This document shows, in pieces, positions 38,915-49,900 of a DNA stretch of 64,000 nt. The notes under the pieces were generated by a model, which was not told the origin of the DNA, did not search any database, and saw only the letters and a list, made by a program, of their open reading frames with translations. The position numbers and the translations under genes were made by a program. Origin of the DNA: Methanobacteriota archaeon (GTDB lineage Archaea > Thermoplasmatota > Thermoplasmata > SG8-5 > JAGLSY01); NCBI GenBank assembly GCA_020697715.1, contig JAEHCO010000003.1:184020-248019 (forward strand). Direction: 5' to 3'. Each line of letters starts with the position of its first letter. The stretch's first letter is position 1.

Positions 38915-39547
38915 ATGAAAAATAGATCTATAGTTCTAGCAGTATCAGTACTGTGTGTTGGAATAATGATTATGCCGTATACGGTATCATTGTTCAGCAC
39001 CCAGCATGACTGGAAGGCCGGGGCTGACGTGAATTGTATGACCTGCCACACGGACATAACCGAACCAGGCGCAACATACATGCACGGCACCCTGACATCT
39101 GGAACAGCACAGGAATACTGTACAAGCTGTCATCAGCTTGGCTCACCTGGCTCTGGTGACGGTGTCACAGGAGAAGGTGGCTTTGATGATGAACATGCGG
39201 CAGTTTCCGTTGAGTGTCTAGATTGCCATGAGGCAGACGATGTCAATGGCGAAGGCACAGCAGATGTATGGTATTCCGGTAGTGGAGCTGAAGATGCTCT
39301 GGCAACTACTGAAAAGGCTTTTATAAACAATGCATCAGAAGCCCACAGTAATATGACCGGAACAGCCTCATTGGACGAGGGAGCATGGGCATCAGATTAC
39401 CTTGCTGGTAACAACGAGGCCTGTATCGCATGTCACACAAATGTGACACTCGAAGTCTACATGACCTCAACCGCTCAGACACTGAACATCACTGCTAGTG
39501 AGAACATATGGGGCAACTGGACTGTAACCTTTACAGCCAAGCCATAA
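38915..39547 (+). CDS. Secreted tetraheme cytochrome c, candidate archaeal nanowire (ECN-like) subunit
   Basis: Signal peptide ending TVS-LFSTQHDW; CMTCH, CTSCH, CLDCH, NEACIACH; exactly 8 His (4 proximal + 4 candidate distal); no membrane anchor. Confidence 0.85.
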   Translation: MKNRSIVLAVSVLCVGIMIMPYTVSLFSTQHDWKAGADVNCMTCHTDITEPGATYMHGTLTSGTAQEYCTSCHQLGSPGSGDGVTGEGGFDDEHAAVSVECLDCHEADDVNGEGTADVWYSGSGAEDALATTEKAFINNASEAHSNMTGTASLDEGAWASDYLAGNNEACIACHTNVTLEVYMTSTAQTLNITASENIWGNWTVTFTAKP

Positions 39548-39565
39548 GCCATGAAATAAAGAATG

Positions 39566-39620
39566 AAGAAGAAGGCTCATACCTTCTTCTTTCCCTTTCC
39601 TTTTTGATAATTTCTTTTTG
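39566..39620 (+). terminator. Hairpin + poly-T after the tetraheme cytochrome gene
   Basis: AAGAAGAAGG-ctcata-CCTTCTTCTT 10-bp stem followed by T-rich tract. Confidence 0.6.
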
Positions 39621-39659
39621 ATATCTTTTATATCGATGAAGGTCAATGGAAGAAATAAC

Positions 39660-40505
39660 ATGGCAGCGAAAAAAGAAAAACAAAAACTGGACGAGAAGGG
39701 CCAGACCAATCTAAGGAATAATATATTCTTTGTAGCCTCATCTCTGATGATAGTGGCCACGATCATCCTTCAGAATCCCTTGATCGTCTTTTCTCTCTTC
39801 CTTCTGACAGTACTTCATTTAATGCATCATTCCAAAGCAAATGGCAATGAAGCGCCCAAATCATTCTTCAAAACACTGATAGACTACAGGAAGAAAAAGC
39901 GGATAGAACGCCTCACACAGAACCGCATGGCTCTCATAAGGGGTAAGCTGTATCGTCCTCGAAATTTTATTCTATTTGTCCCTCTTATAATATGTATTGT
40001 TGTATTATATCTATTTCTTTCACATACTGTGTTCTTTGCAGTTGTGACATCTGATAGTATGCGACCATCTTTCAAGACCGGTGATCTTCTGCTAATGCAG
40101 GGCAAAGGCTTCTCAATTGAGGATGAGGACATAGTCATGTTCACCACACCGGAGGTGGAGGATCTGGTCATACATAGAGTGGATGATATCTCAGAGGATG
40201 GCGCGATATCCACTCGAGGGGATGCCACCAATCATACGGATGATTGGATAATACATGAGGATAATGTTCAAGCGGAAGTGCTGAATTTCAATGGTAAACC
40301 TATAGTGTTCAAGAACACTGGATGGTATTTCATTAATAATGCGCCGGAGAATCCCGCAGTGTTCTCCGAGGAATTGCAATTCACATCATTGATGATGATG
40401 ACCTTAAGAGATATAGGGATGGTAATGTTCATAGCCGCGATATTGATGTACCTCGTATTCACTGCAAGGGACATTAAATTCGCATCAGCAGCTAGGAGAA
40501 GATGA
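39660..40505 (+). CDS. Signal peptidase I (archaeal/Sec11-type S26B) with extra N-terminal TMs
   Basis: VVTSDSMRPSFKTGDLL (catalytic Ser), VIHRV (His), TRGDA..D. Confidence 0.88.
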   Translation: MAAKKEKQKLDEKGQTNLRNNIFFVASSLMIVATIILQNPLIVFSLFLLTVLHLMHHSKANGNEAPKSFFKTLIDYRKKKRIERLTQNRMALIRGKLYRPRNFILFVPLIICIVVLYLFLSHTVFFAVVTSDSMRPSFKTGDLLLMQGKGFSIEDEDIVMFTTPEVEDLVIHRVDDISEDGAISTRGDATNHTDDWIIHEDNVQAEVLNFNGKPIVFKNTGWYFINNAPENPAVFSEELQFTSLMMMTLRDIGMVMFIAAILMYLVFTARDIKFASAARRR

Positions 40506-40532
40506 TTGGTAAATGTTTAATAATTGAAAATT

Positions 40533-42530
40533 ATGAAAGGTCAGGAAACTACTATGAAAAATATTGAAAAGATTGAGGAACTCAAAACATTACTTAGAGG
40601 CCGGGACGGCCTATGGGAATGTATGGAAATTCTGGATGATGGCGATACATTCAATTCCATAGAGTGTTTTGATAATTTCATCAAAAACAATCCCGATGAC
40701 ATCGATGGCCATATCGGAAAAGCATTGGCCATTTATGAAGCTGGCAAATGGGAGGATGCCATCAAAGCTCTGACAGAGGGCTTGAAATTGGATCCAACCT
40801 ATGAGCTAGGTCTCTTGATCAGGGCAGAGATGCTACGTGCTAATGGGAAAGAGGAATTCGCCTTGAAATTTTACGATAAATTATTATCAATATCACCTTC
40901 GAACGAGAATTACCTGGCCAATAGGGCCGAGGTTCTAAAGGAACTTGGCCAGGATGATGATCCGACAGATGAGATAGCTAAGGTGGAAGAGATCGGTGAA
41001 GCTGTCGAAAAAGTAGTTGAAGAACCTGAACCTACACATGAACTTGAATCAGAGCCAGTACCCGAAGACACAGGTGATTGGGATTCAGGAGCAATAGGTG
41101 GTGATCCATCAGAAGATATCCTTGCTGAGGAAAATGAGGAATCACCTGCAGAAGCTCCGATCGAGGAATCGCCAGCTTCAGATGATAATGACCCCCTCAC
41201 AGAGAAGGTCATGATGTTCAGAGGAATAAAAGTGACCAAATCATCCGAGCCAGCTTTTGAAGCCGTCGAAGAAGAGGAGACTCTGAAGGTCACAAAGACA
41301 GAAGCGCAGTCCACTACAAGGAAATCCTTACCTCATGACAAATGCCCAAAGTGTGGCTTTATGAAAGCCGAAGAGGAAGCATGTCCCTTCTGTTCCATAG
41401 ATGACGATCTTGCCGCTATCGAAGGGGGAGAGATATCCACCGAGGCCCATACAGGGGAATTGGACGATCTGGATGACCTTGATCTCGAAGAGCTGGAAAA
41501 ATTAAGTGCTACAGATGATATCATAAAAGATAGCCTTCATTTCGAAGAAGATCTGGATGAACTGGAGGAAATGGTCTGTGAAAGCTGTGGCGATATGTTG
41601 GATCCATCAAGTGAATATTGTAATAGCTGCGGTGAAGTGCATGACAAGGTCATGTTCTTACGTGGTACCAGAGTATCCAAGGTATCAACTGATGATAGGC
41701 CCATTCTAAATAATTACGAAGAGGACAGATGGTCATCCTTCGTGGACAAAGCAAGGACTGAGAAGAATAGAAGTGTCAATATCATTGGTGTTTTCAGTAT
41801 AATCTCAATTGCCATATATTTGATATTCTTATCCATGATCGAATTATATGATAGCTTATTTGTTGAGTTCAATTCCATATCCTTCTTCCCGAATGTCATC
41901 ATTTTCCTACTCGGCTTCGGGGCTTTGTATGGCGGAGTGAATATCGCCAAGAACTCCATCGTGTTCGATCATTTCCTTGATTCTGTGTTCGAGACCGAGG
42001 TATATCCAAGATTAGAGCCCGCTCTTGAAGAAGTCGCCCAGGTACAAGCACGCCTGGAAAACATCGAAGAAAGGATGGATAGAATGAATATGAATATTGC
42101 CAGATACAAGGAATATCCATCAGCTGCGGAGTTCCCGGCAGTTGCGATCACCAATAGGATAACTTCTTTCCTCAAGATCGTGGTGGCGACCAATATAACC
42201 ATCGGTATCCTGATGTACGCTATCTTGTACCCTGGCGAGTATGTGCCCTATCTCTTCACCATAATGTTCATGCTATGGTGGGGTGTCATTACAGATGATT
42301 ATAAGCTATGGAAGAATGCGATATCATGGGCCTGGGCCATCATCCCTATATTTGCCGTGCCTTTCATGTCCATATTCCTTTTTGTCGTCATACCAATTGG
42401 TTCCCTCATCGGACTTGTTGGCGGATTCCTCATAATATATGTCTATGCTTACTTCGCCTGGGTCAGATATTATGTCGAGGGGAAGCTACCATTTGACATT
42501 TATGAGGCTCAGCTTGAAGAGGAAGAATGA
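40533..42530 (+). CDS. TPR - acidic linker - two zinc ribbons - multi-TM hypothetical protein
   Basis: N-terminal TPR-like helices, E/D-rich region, CPKC..CPFC and CESC..CNSC, about six C-terminal TM segments; start 40533 or 40554. Confidence 0.75.
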   Translation: MKGQETTMKNIEKIEELKTLLRGRDGLWECMEILDDGDTFNSIECFDNFIKNNPDDIDGHIGKALAIYEAGKWEDAIKALTEGLKLDPTYELGLLIRAEMLRANGKEEFALKFYDKLLSISPSNENYLANRAEVLKELGQDDDPTDEIAKVEEIGEAVEKVVEEPEPTHELESEPVPEDTGDWDSGAIGGDPSEDILAEENEESPAEAPIEESPASDDNDPLTEKVMMFRGIKVTKSSEPAFEAVEEEETLKVTKTEAQSTTRKSLPHDKCPKCGFMKAEEEACPFCSIDDDLAAIEGGEISTEAHTGELDDLDDLDLEELEKLSATDDIIKDSLHFEEDLDELEEMVCESCGDMLDPSSEYCNSCGEVHDKVMFLRGTRVSKVSTDDRPILNNYEEDRWSSFVDKARTEKNRSVNIIGVFSIISIAIYLIFLSMIELYDSLFVEFNSISFFPNVIIFLLGFGALYGGVNIAKNSIVFDHFLDSVFETEVYPRLEPALEEVAQVQARLENIEERMDRMNMNIARYKEYPSAAEFPAVAITNRITSFLKIVVATNITIGILMYAILYPGEYVPYLFTIMFMLWWGVITDDYKLWKNAISWAWAIIPIFAVPFMSIFLFVVIPIGSLIGLVGGFLIIYVYAYFAWVRYYVEGKLPFDIYEAQLEEEE

Positions 42531-43990
42531 TAATGAAGATCGTCACACCCCTGAAAAGGAAGTGTATCATTGATGGTATGTTTCCCAGATACACATCATT
42601 GATCATATTCAGCCTGCTCTTATCTGTTGTAATAGCCCATCCAGCATCCGCAGAGGATCCGCCTTCTAATGCTACTTCGTTCAATCATCAGATGGCGCTC
42701 ATTCAGGGAGATTCTCCAGACTCCGCCGAGGTGATCGAGTCTGTTAACACCATGAGGATACGAGAAGGCGCCAGTTATGTCATACCTTGGGATGAGTCCA
42801 GGATCTACATACATGTACCTGAAGGAGGCGCTGTCAAGTACATTAATGATGGGAGCCATAAGTTCGCAGGTAACTGGGGGCCGTCTGATCTATATGACGA
42901 ATGGTACTTTTGGGAATTCGCTCCAGGTGATGATAGGAGAGTGTATGATTTTGTCAATTATAACTTGAGCATACTTGGCGAAGGCACCTATGATGACAAT
43001 ATGCTTGAGGTCAATGAGAATAATATCTCTTTGAAAATTGGCATTACCTATGGCGAGTACATTTCCAATATTTCAACCAGTGCTGACATGGTCAATATAT
43101 TATCAGCAAGGCCAATATTCCAGTCGAATTCAGATAATACCAGTATAATGCTGTCAAATGATAATGGAACAACATGGGTCACAGGAGATGTGAACAAGAC
43201 GATCAACTTCACATCAGATGGAACCGGTCTCATGTTCAAGGCGATATTATCTGATGGCCAGGTCGCATCACCCAGGATATCCAATATCACGCTCGAGTAC
43301 ACTTTCATGTCAATACGATCTACCATAGTGAATCTGGACTCAGAATATTCTATCCAAGGTGAAGAAGATCCTGTCACCATCGTGTTCAATAAGAAATTCC
43401 TCTATGATGTAGGTAAAATTGACATTCTGATGCATTATGATCTAAATCTCTCTGCTAACTCCAGCAATGTGGACTGGATGCCGCATTATGATATAAACGA
43501 TCAAATGATCGAGTTCTTCACCATATCCGGAAAGAACTTTCATATAGGTAGCGCGAATAAAAGCAATCTCATTACCATATCCGTGGGAGAGAATGTCACT
43601 GGGAATATTGGTATCAATCCTCATGATGATGGAGATGAGCCAAATTACTATCTATATTCCATAATCGCAGTTATCATGATTGTATCAATGACTGGACTAT
43701 ACCTGTCAAGAAAAGACCCCGGACAGGAAACCGAGGGAACAGATGTGGATGAAGACACATCTGATAACACGGAAGATGGTGAGTCCGAGGAGAAGGGTAT
43801 TCCTGAGGAAGCTGGAACCGTTGAAGGCGAGAATGAATTGATCGAACAGAAAGATAATATCCTCAAGGCCATAAAGAAGCTGGATGCTGACCTTGAAAGC
43901 GGTGAGATATCCAAAGATGTCCATGCGGAGCTCAAGGCCAATTACAAGAAAGAAGCTGTAAGGATAATGAAGGAACTGGATAATCAATGA
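42527..43990 (+). CDS. Hypothetical exported single-pass membrane protein; paralog of 21432..23132
   Basis: Shared H.(L/M)...QGD.P...E and PW..S..Y..VPE N-terminal block, and shared C-terminal LD..LE.GE(I/V)S...HA.LKA.YKK.A..IMK..D. Confidence 0.75.
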   Translation: MIMKIVTPLKRKCIIDGMFPRYTSLIIFSLLLSVVIAHPASAEDPPSNATSFNHQMALIQGDSPDSAEVIESVNTMRIREGASYVIPWDESRIYIHVPEGGAVKYINDGSHKFAGNWGPSDLYDEWYFWEFAPGDDRRVYDFVNYNLSILGEGTYDDNMLEVNENNISLKIGITYGEYISNISTSADMVNILSARPIFQSNSDNTSIMLSNDNGTTWVTGDVNKTINFTSDGTGLMFKAILSDGQVASPRISNITLEYTFMSIRSTIVNLDSEYSIQGEEDPVTIVFNKKFLYDVGKIDILMHYDLNLSANSSNVDWMPHYDINDQMIEFFTISGKNFHIGSANKSNLITISVGENVTGNIGINPHDDGDEPNYYLYSIIAVIMIVSMTGLYLSRKDPGQETEGTDVDEDTSDNTEDGESEEKGIPEEAGTVEGENELIEQKDNILKAIKKLDADLESGEISKDVHAELKANYKKEAVRIMKELDNQ

Positions 43991-43994
43991 TCAT

Positions 43995-46900
43995 CTAGAC
44001 GAAATCTGTCTTGTGGCACTCCCAACTTGGATAGGTTCCAGCAGTTCCAGAGGGATTCGAACCAGGATAGATGTAAAGCCTGGTGCCAGTATCCCATTGT
44101 GTGTAGTATCCATCGACGTGGGAGCCCATGCCATAGGCCTCCCAATAGGCATCACCGCCAGGAGTGTGGCATGTCCTGCATGGGGCCTCTCCATTCTCAT
44201 CGTAGGTCCCATCATTGTCAAAGTCCCACATATCGCCTTCTTCAGCATCCTGGTGTGCTCCAGTTGAGTGCGGGTATGAATCCGGGTGGTCAGTGCCAAT
44301 GGTCCCTTCATTGTACATATTGATGGACGCTCCATGGCAATTACCGCATCCCACATTGGGATTGTCCCAGTCGGGCGAGGCTGAGATATGGTCGGCGGCT
44401 GTCACTGCTCCAACACCTGCCACTGAATCACCATCATCATCAATGGCATTGCTGTGGCACCATGTGTTGGTGCATACTTTTGTTCCAGTGTTGTAGGTCG
44501 GGTTGGTGCCTGCCCAGTTGAACTGGTCAGATATCGACACAGGGTCCACTGTTGTATAGACTTGCGGTGTCATATCAACATGCAGGCTCGTGCCGTATGT
44601 TCCAAGACCCGCGGTAGGCGGATTATTGTAATGGCATTCACTGCAATCATAATCATACCAGGCAAAGTACACGTCCCACCAAGGTCCGCCATCATAATAT
44701 GTGTTGGCGTTCCCATCGGTCCATGTCGCACCAGCTGACACTGCAGGATATTGGAGCACCCAGTGTTGGGATGTCAACTGCTCATCTGTGTTTATAGTGA
44801 GCAGTGTCGTGCCTCCGTCCGTGCTTTCGATTATGATGGTCTCCTTGAATCCTGCGCGACCATCATAGACACCATCATGGTCAGCGTCCATATAGGCGAC
44901 CCTGTCAACAGCATTGGCATTTGACTGGATATGCTTCCAGTTGCCTGTGGCCCCCGTGCCGTCATACAATCTCTCACCTTGCTCCCAGTAGGTTCCGTCG
45001 CCGTTCATGTCAAAGGTTATGTCCTCCTGGTAATCGTAAGCATTATCATTGTCAGCATCCGCCCACCAGATATCATCCGTAGCAGAGAACCGGGTAATAT
45101 CTGCCAGTCCGGCTGTTATGACCTCATCAGGGGATCCCGTCCCATCCAGCCTGCCTGGATCAAGTAGATAGTTACCGTCATTATCACTTATGACGACTTC
45201 ATTAGCATCGTAAGCTCCATCCCCATCGTTATCTATGTAGGCCAGATTTCGTGTCGCACCCCACGCGCCTCCGAAATTACGCGTGTGTTTCAGATGACTG
45301 GCACTGCCTCCAGTGACAGTGCCGCCCAGCTCTCTGTCGGCTCCATCATTGTAATTCGGCATACCATGGCAGTCACCACAGGATGCGGGAGTGAGGGAGT
45401 TCCAGGCTGGTGTGTCGAAATAAATATCCCCTGCACCGCCAATGTCATAACCATTGCTATGGCAGTATACATTGGAGCAGACCCCTGCCCCATTGGTCTC
45501 GTAGGCATCTGGTGTTATCGTGCCCCCGAAGGAACCGATCCCATTAGCACTGCTGTCAAAGGCCACATCCACTTTTCCATCCACGTGAAGGATGCTTCCA
45601 TAGGTTGTGTCTGTCCAGCCCCCTGCAGAAGTCCCGGCCACATAATGACATTCTGAGCAATCGAAAGCGTAATTTGGATTCGCATTTGGGAGATTGTTCG
45701 ATGTATGCCTTGCATGGGCATAGGAGGTCATTGGGACATCGTGGCAATCCCCACAACCAACATTATCGCTCAACCAGTCTGGTGTGACACCTGCTGTGAA
45801 GCCACTGGCATTTCCATCGCTGTGGCAGTAGGTGTTGGCACACAGCGAATTGCTCGTGGCATTGTAGGTTGGCGCCAGAGCATTTGCGTATGTCGCGATA
45901 CCCACTGTTGAAGGAGCTGTTGTATTGAACCTCACCTGTAATACTCCATCTCCATGCTCGGCTGTTCCGTATGTGGTGTCATACCATCCATCCTGGTCTC
46001 CAGCCGAGTTGAAGTGGCATTGTGAACAATTGTAATCATAATCCGGTATGCTCCAATCCACCACGATATGCTTCACGTGCTGGTAGGAATCTGCACCGCA
46101 ATCTATTCCACCTGGGTGGCAGGCTCCGCCCCATTCCCTTCCGTCTGGATGGCAATTCGCATCATTGACATCACAAGTTCCGTATGAGGCGTCTCCTTCT
46201 AAAAGTGATCCAGTATTATCCGGGTATAGATTGGCCGTGGTGATATAAGCGTCAAAGTCACCAGTGAAATCGAAACTGATCTGTCCGTCAATGTGGGAGA
46301 AGGCATTGTCCCCTGGCAGATAGTAGACTCCAGCCCCAGTCTGTAGATGACATTCACTGCAGACCATGTTCGCTCTTGCAGGATTGATATGGCCAGTGTG
46401 GCTTCCGGTCTCTATCGGGGTGGTATCTGCCCATTCTCCACCGTGGCAGAGATCACAGGCCGCGGCAGTGGCATCTCCCCAGTTCGGTGTCCAGGTGGTG
46501 ATGGTGGCATCATCATCCGTCACCGCATCGTGGCAGTAGACATCACAGGTATTTCCTGAGACATAATTGACTTGTGTCCAACCCCATTCCGCACTTGTTT
46601 GAAGTCCGGGTGGGAATCCCGCACCTGCATTGTCCCACCAAGCGACGTCGAAATCACCATCTACGTGGCTGGCTGTCCCATATGTGCCGTCGGTAGACGG
46701 GCTGCCCGCAACGCTGTCCCAGTGGCATTCTCCGCAACGATATGCCTCGGTCTCCGCATGTTCTGGGTGATTATTGGTCAATGGCTTATTACCCACGGTA
46801 TTGTCACCGTGACAGCTACCGCCACCACCCGCACTGCAGTAACTGGTCGCGGCATTGTCCCAGATCGGTGTTGGATCCTGTGCATTGCCATCTACACCAT

Positions 46901-49900
46901 CGGTCGGGTCGTGGCAGAAGATATCTGAACAGGTGTCTGTTCCGGCATTCCAGACACCGGTGAAAGCGGCATTACCAAATTGTAATGCCAATCCATTTGC
47001 AGTATTATTGAAAACAACTTGAACCTGGCCATCAACATGCTGTGATGTGCCGTAGGTGGTATCAAAGTACCCGGAGCCAGCACCCGAACTTCCGGCCACA
47101 AAGTGACATTCTGAACAATCAAAGTTGTACGGAGCTCCATTGGTATGCATCGGATGGCTGGATGTTGTTGGTGCCATGTCGTGGCAGTCGCCACATGCCA
47201 CACCCGGAGTGTCCCATTCTGGTGAGGCCGCGTTCCATGAGAATCCTGCCACATATCCGTCGCTGTGGCAGTAGGTGTTGTCACATTCCATATTGGTTGT
47301 CGTGTTGTATGCTGGAGCCAGGTTATTGGCATATGTGGCTATTCCAACTGTTGAAGGTGCGGTTGTATTGAATCTGACCTGTAATGTTCCATCTCCATGC
47401 TCGGCTGTTCCATATGTTGTATCGAACCAGCCGTCCTGTGCGCCTGCTGAATTGAAATGGCACTGTGAACAATTGTAATCATAATCTGGGATGTTCCAGT
47501 CAGCAGCTATGTGTTTGTTATGGCTATTGGAATCCGCGCCACAGGTTATTCCACTTGGGTGGCACTCCGCGGTCGGGTTATGCCCCTCTGTGGGATCAAA
47601 CGGATAATTGTGCTTGTAGTGGCAGCCAGCACTTGTACAGTCATCACGCCCGCTCACGACCCATGATGTGGAAGTTCCGTGGGTGGGTGGTGTTTCTCTG
47701 TTATCGATAGCCGCTCCGTCAACAACACCATTGTCAACAAGGTGACATCCTCCAACACCCATGTCCTGGTCACCACAGCCCTGTATACTGCTTCCTCCAA
47801 AGAGCTGGGCACCATCATCAGTATCATCTGGTTTCAGCAAATGATCTGGGTGGCAATCCACACATTCCACTGTTCCATCTGCATCGATAAGGGTGCTGGT
47901 GGTATGCTTCGCACCATCATTGGTGAAGCTTGTGAAGATATCCTTCATCCACGGTGTGCTGGCATCCTGATAAGGAACTCTTGAATCCAGATCTGAATAA
48001 TGGCATACGACATCACAAAAGGCATTGTCCACATTGGTATCAGCCGCAGCTGCGTATGTGGTCCAGTCTATATCAACGACATGAGGTATATCATGCGGAT
48101 ACCATGGCTCCGCAGCTGTATCGTGGCAATCCTCGCAATGTGTGTAATCGTAATTGGATACTGATTCATTAAGATGGTTAATGTATTTGCCGCTTCCAAA
48201 AGGCACGGGGTTGGTTCCAGTATCATCATGGCAATCCGCACAGCTATTGACAACTCTTGGATAAACCTGCTCGAAGGCAGTTGTGGAATCATTCCACACA
48301 TTGACCACATTGGAAGGTTCTGTCCAAACCTGTATTGTTAGACCGGAACCCGCGGCCGGGGAGAAATCATGCCACATGATCCGAATATCATCTATTTCCA
48401 CAGTGTCCTGTTGTGCCGCATCCGCATTATTGGTATCTATGACATTCAAGTATATCGGGCCAGACATAACGGGTATGGCAGATGAATAAGTAGTGACGAC
48501 ATTCGTATTCACCGTGATAACAGGCGTGTATGGACCCGCCTGGACAGTTGAATATCCTATCTGGAAATCATCATCCGAGCCAGCAGCCAGGAATCTCGCA
48601 TCCACTATCAGAGTGAGATCATCCGCCCCAGCGGGTATGGACTCCGTTCGCCAGATATGTTCGAGCGAGTAAGTGCCTCCAACTGCCTCGATCCACTGTA
48701 TCCTTATCCTCTCTATGATGACATCATCCGCTTGGCTATCAACAGCATTATCATCCACCACTCTGAGATATAGCACTCCTGAAGTAGCTCCCGGGAAGTT
48801 CCAGTTGTATGATGTCAGTGTATCGGAATTAATGGTTATCGTGGTCGGATTATAGGTCACATCATCCGTGGACCATTCTATCGTAAAGGTATCATCGGAG
48901 CCAGTATTGTGCCTCCCCTCTACATACAAGGTGAGGGTCGTCGCTCCCGCAGGTATATTGTCCGTGCGCCAACGATGCTCCAATGAGGCCGTGACAGGAT
49001 TATTGACAAGATGCTGTATTCTGACAATATCAATGATAACACTATCCGCCTGGCTGTCTGCTAAACTATTGTCTACCACACTGAGGTAAAGCACACCTGA
49101 TGTGGCTGCCGGGAAATTCCAGGAATAGGTGGTCATGACATTGGTATTGATCGTGATTGTAGTTGGATTGTATGTCACATCATCAGTTGACCAGTATACT
49201 GTGAATGTGTCATCGGATCCAACCGGATTGTACTGGGCATCCACGAATAGGGTGAGAGTGTCCGCTCCCGCCGCTATATTGTCCGTACGCCAACGATGCT
49301 CCAGGCTGGCAACAACTGGAATGCTCTCGTACCATTCAAGTCTGATAGTATCTATCTGGCAGGTGGTGAGTAATGCATCTCCTGTATTGTCATCGATCAC
49401 CTGAATGTAAAGTACACCTGTTTCACCGAGTGGGAAGGTGTAAGGTGCGTAGGTGGTCATCGCGGCATTGTTGATATTGATGCCAGTATCTGTGTAGGTG
49501 ACATCGTCATTGGACCAGAATACACTGAAGACATCATCTCCAGGGGCGGTTGATAATGCCCTCACATATAGGTTGAGGGCAGTGTAGCCAGACGGGATGC
49601 TGTCCGTTGTCCATTTGTGCTCGAGTGAAGGCGCTCCTCCAGCAGTGGTCACGATTATCTTGATGTAGTCGAATGATACTGCATCTCCAGGTCCCCCGTC
49701 ATTAGAGGTGAATTCTACGTCCAAGGTGGTAATTTGAGCAAGTGTGGTCACACCGTTAGCGAATAGATCGTATGTAGCGGTGAGGTCTACCTGTCCATTT
49801 GTTGGAGTGATGCCAGTAGATGCTAATGCACCTGCATCAAGAGCCCATCTTATAGGATTATTTCCATTATATCCTGCTTCGACAGAATACTGAACTTCAA

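Noticed and set aside
41340-41645. CxxC pairs in the TPR protein as heme sites
   Set aside because: No His follows the CxxC; the paired spacing fits cytoplasmic zinc ribbons.
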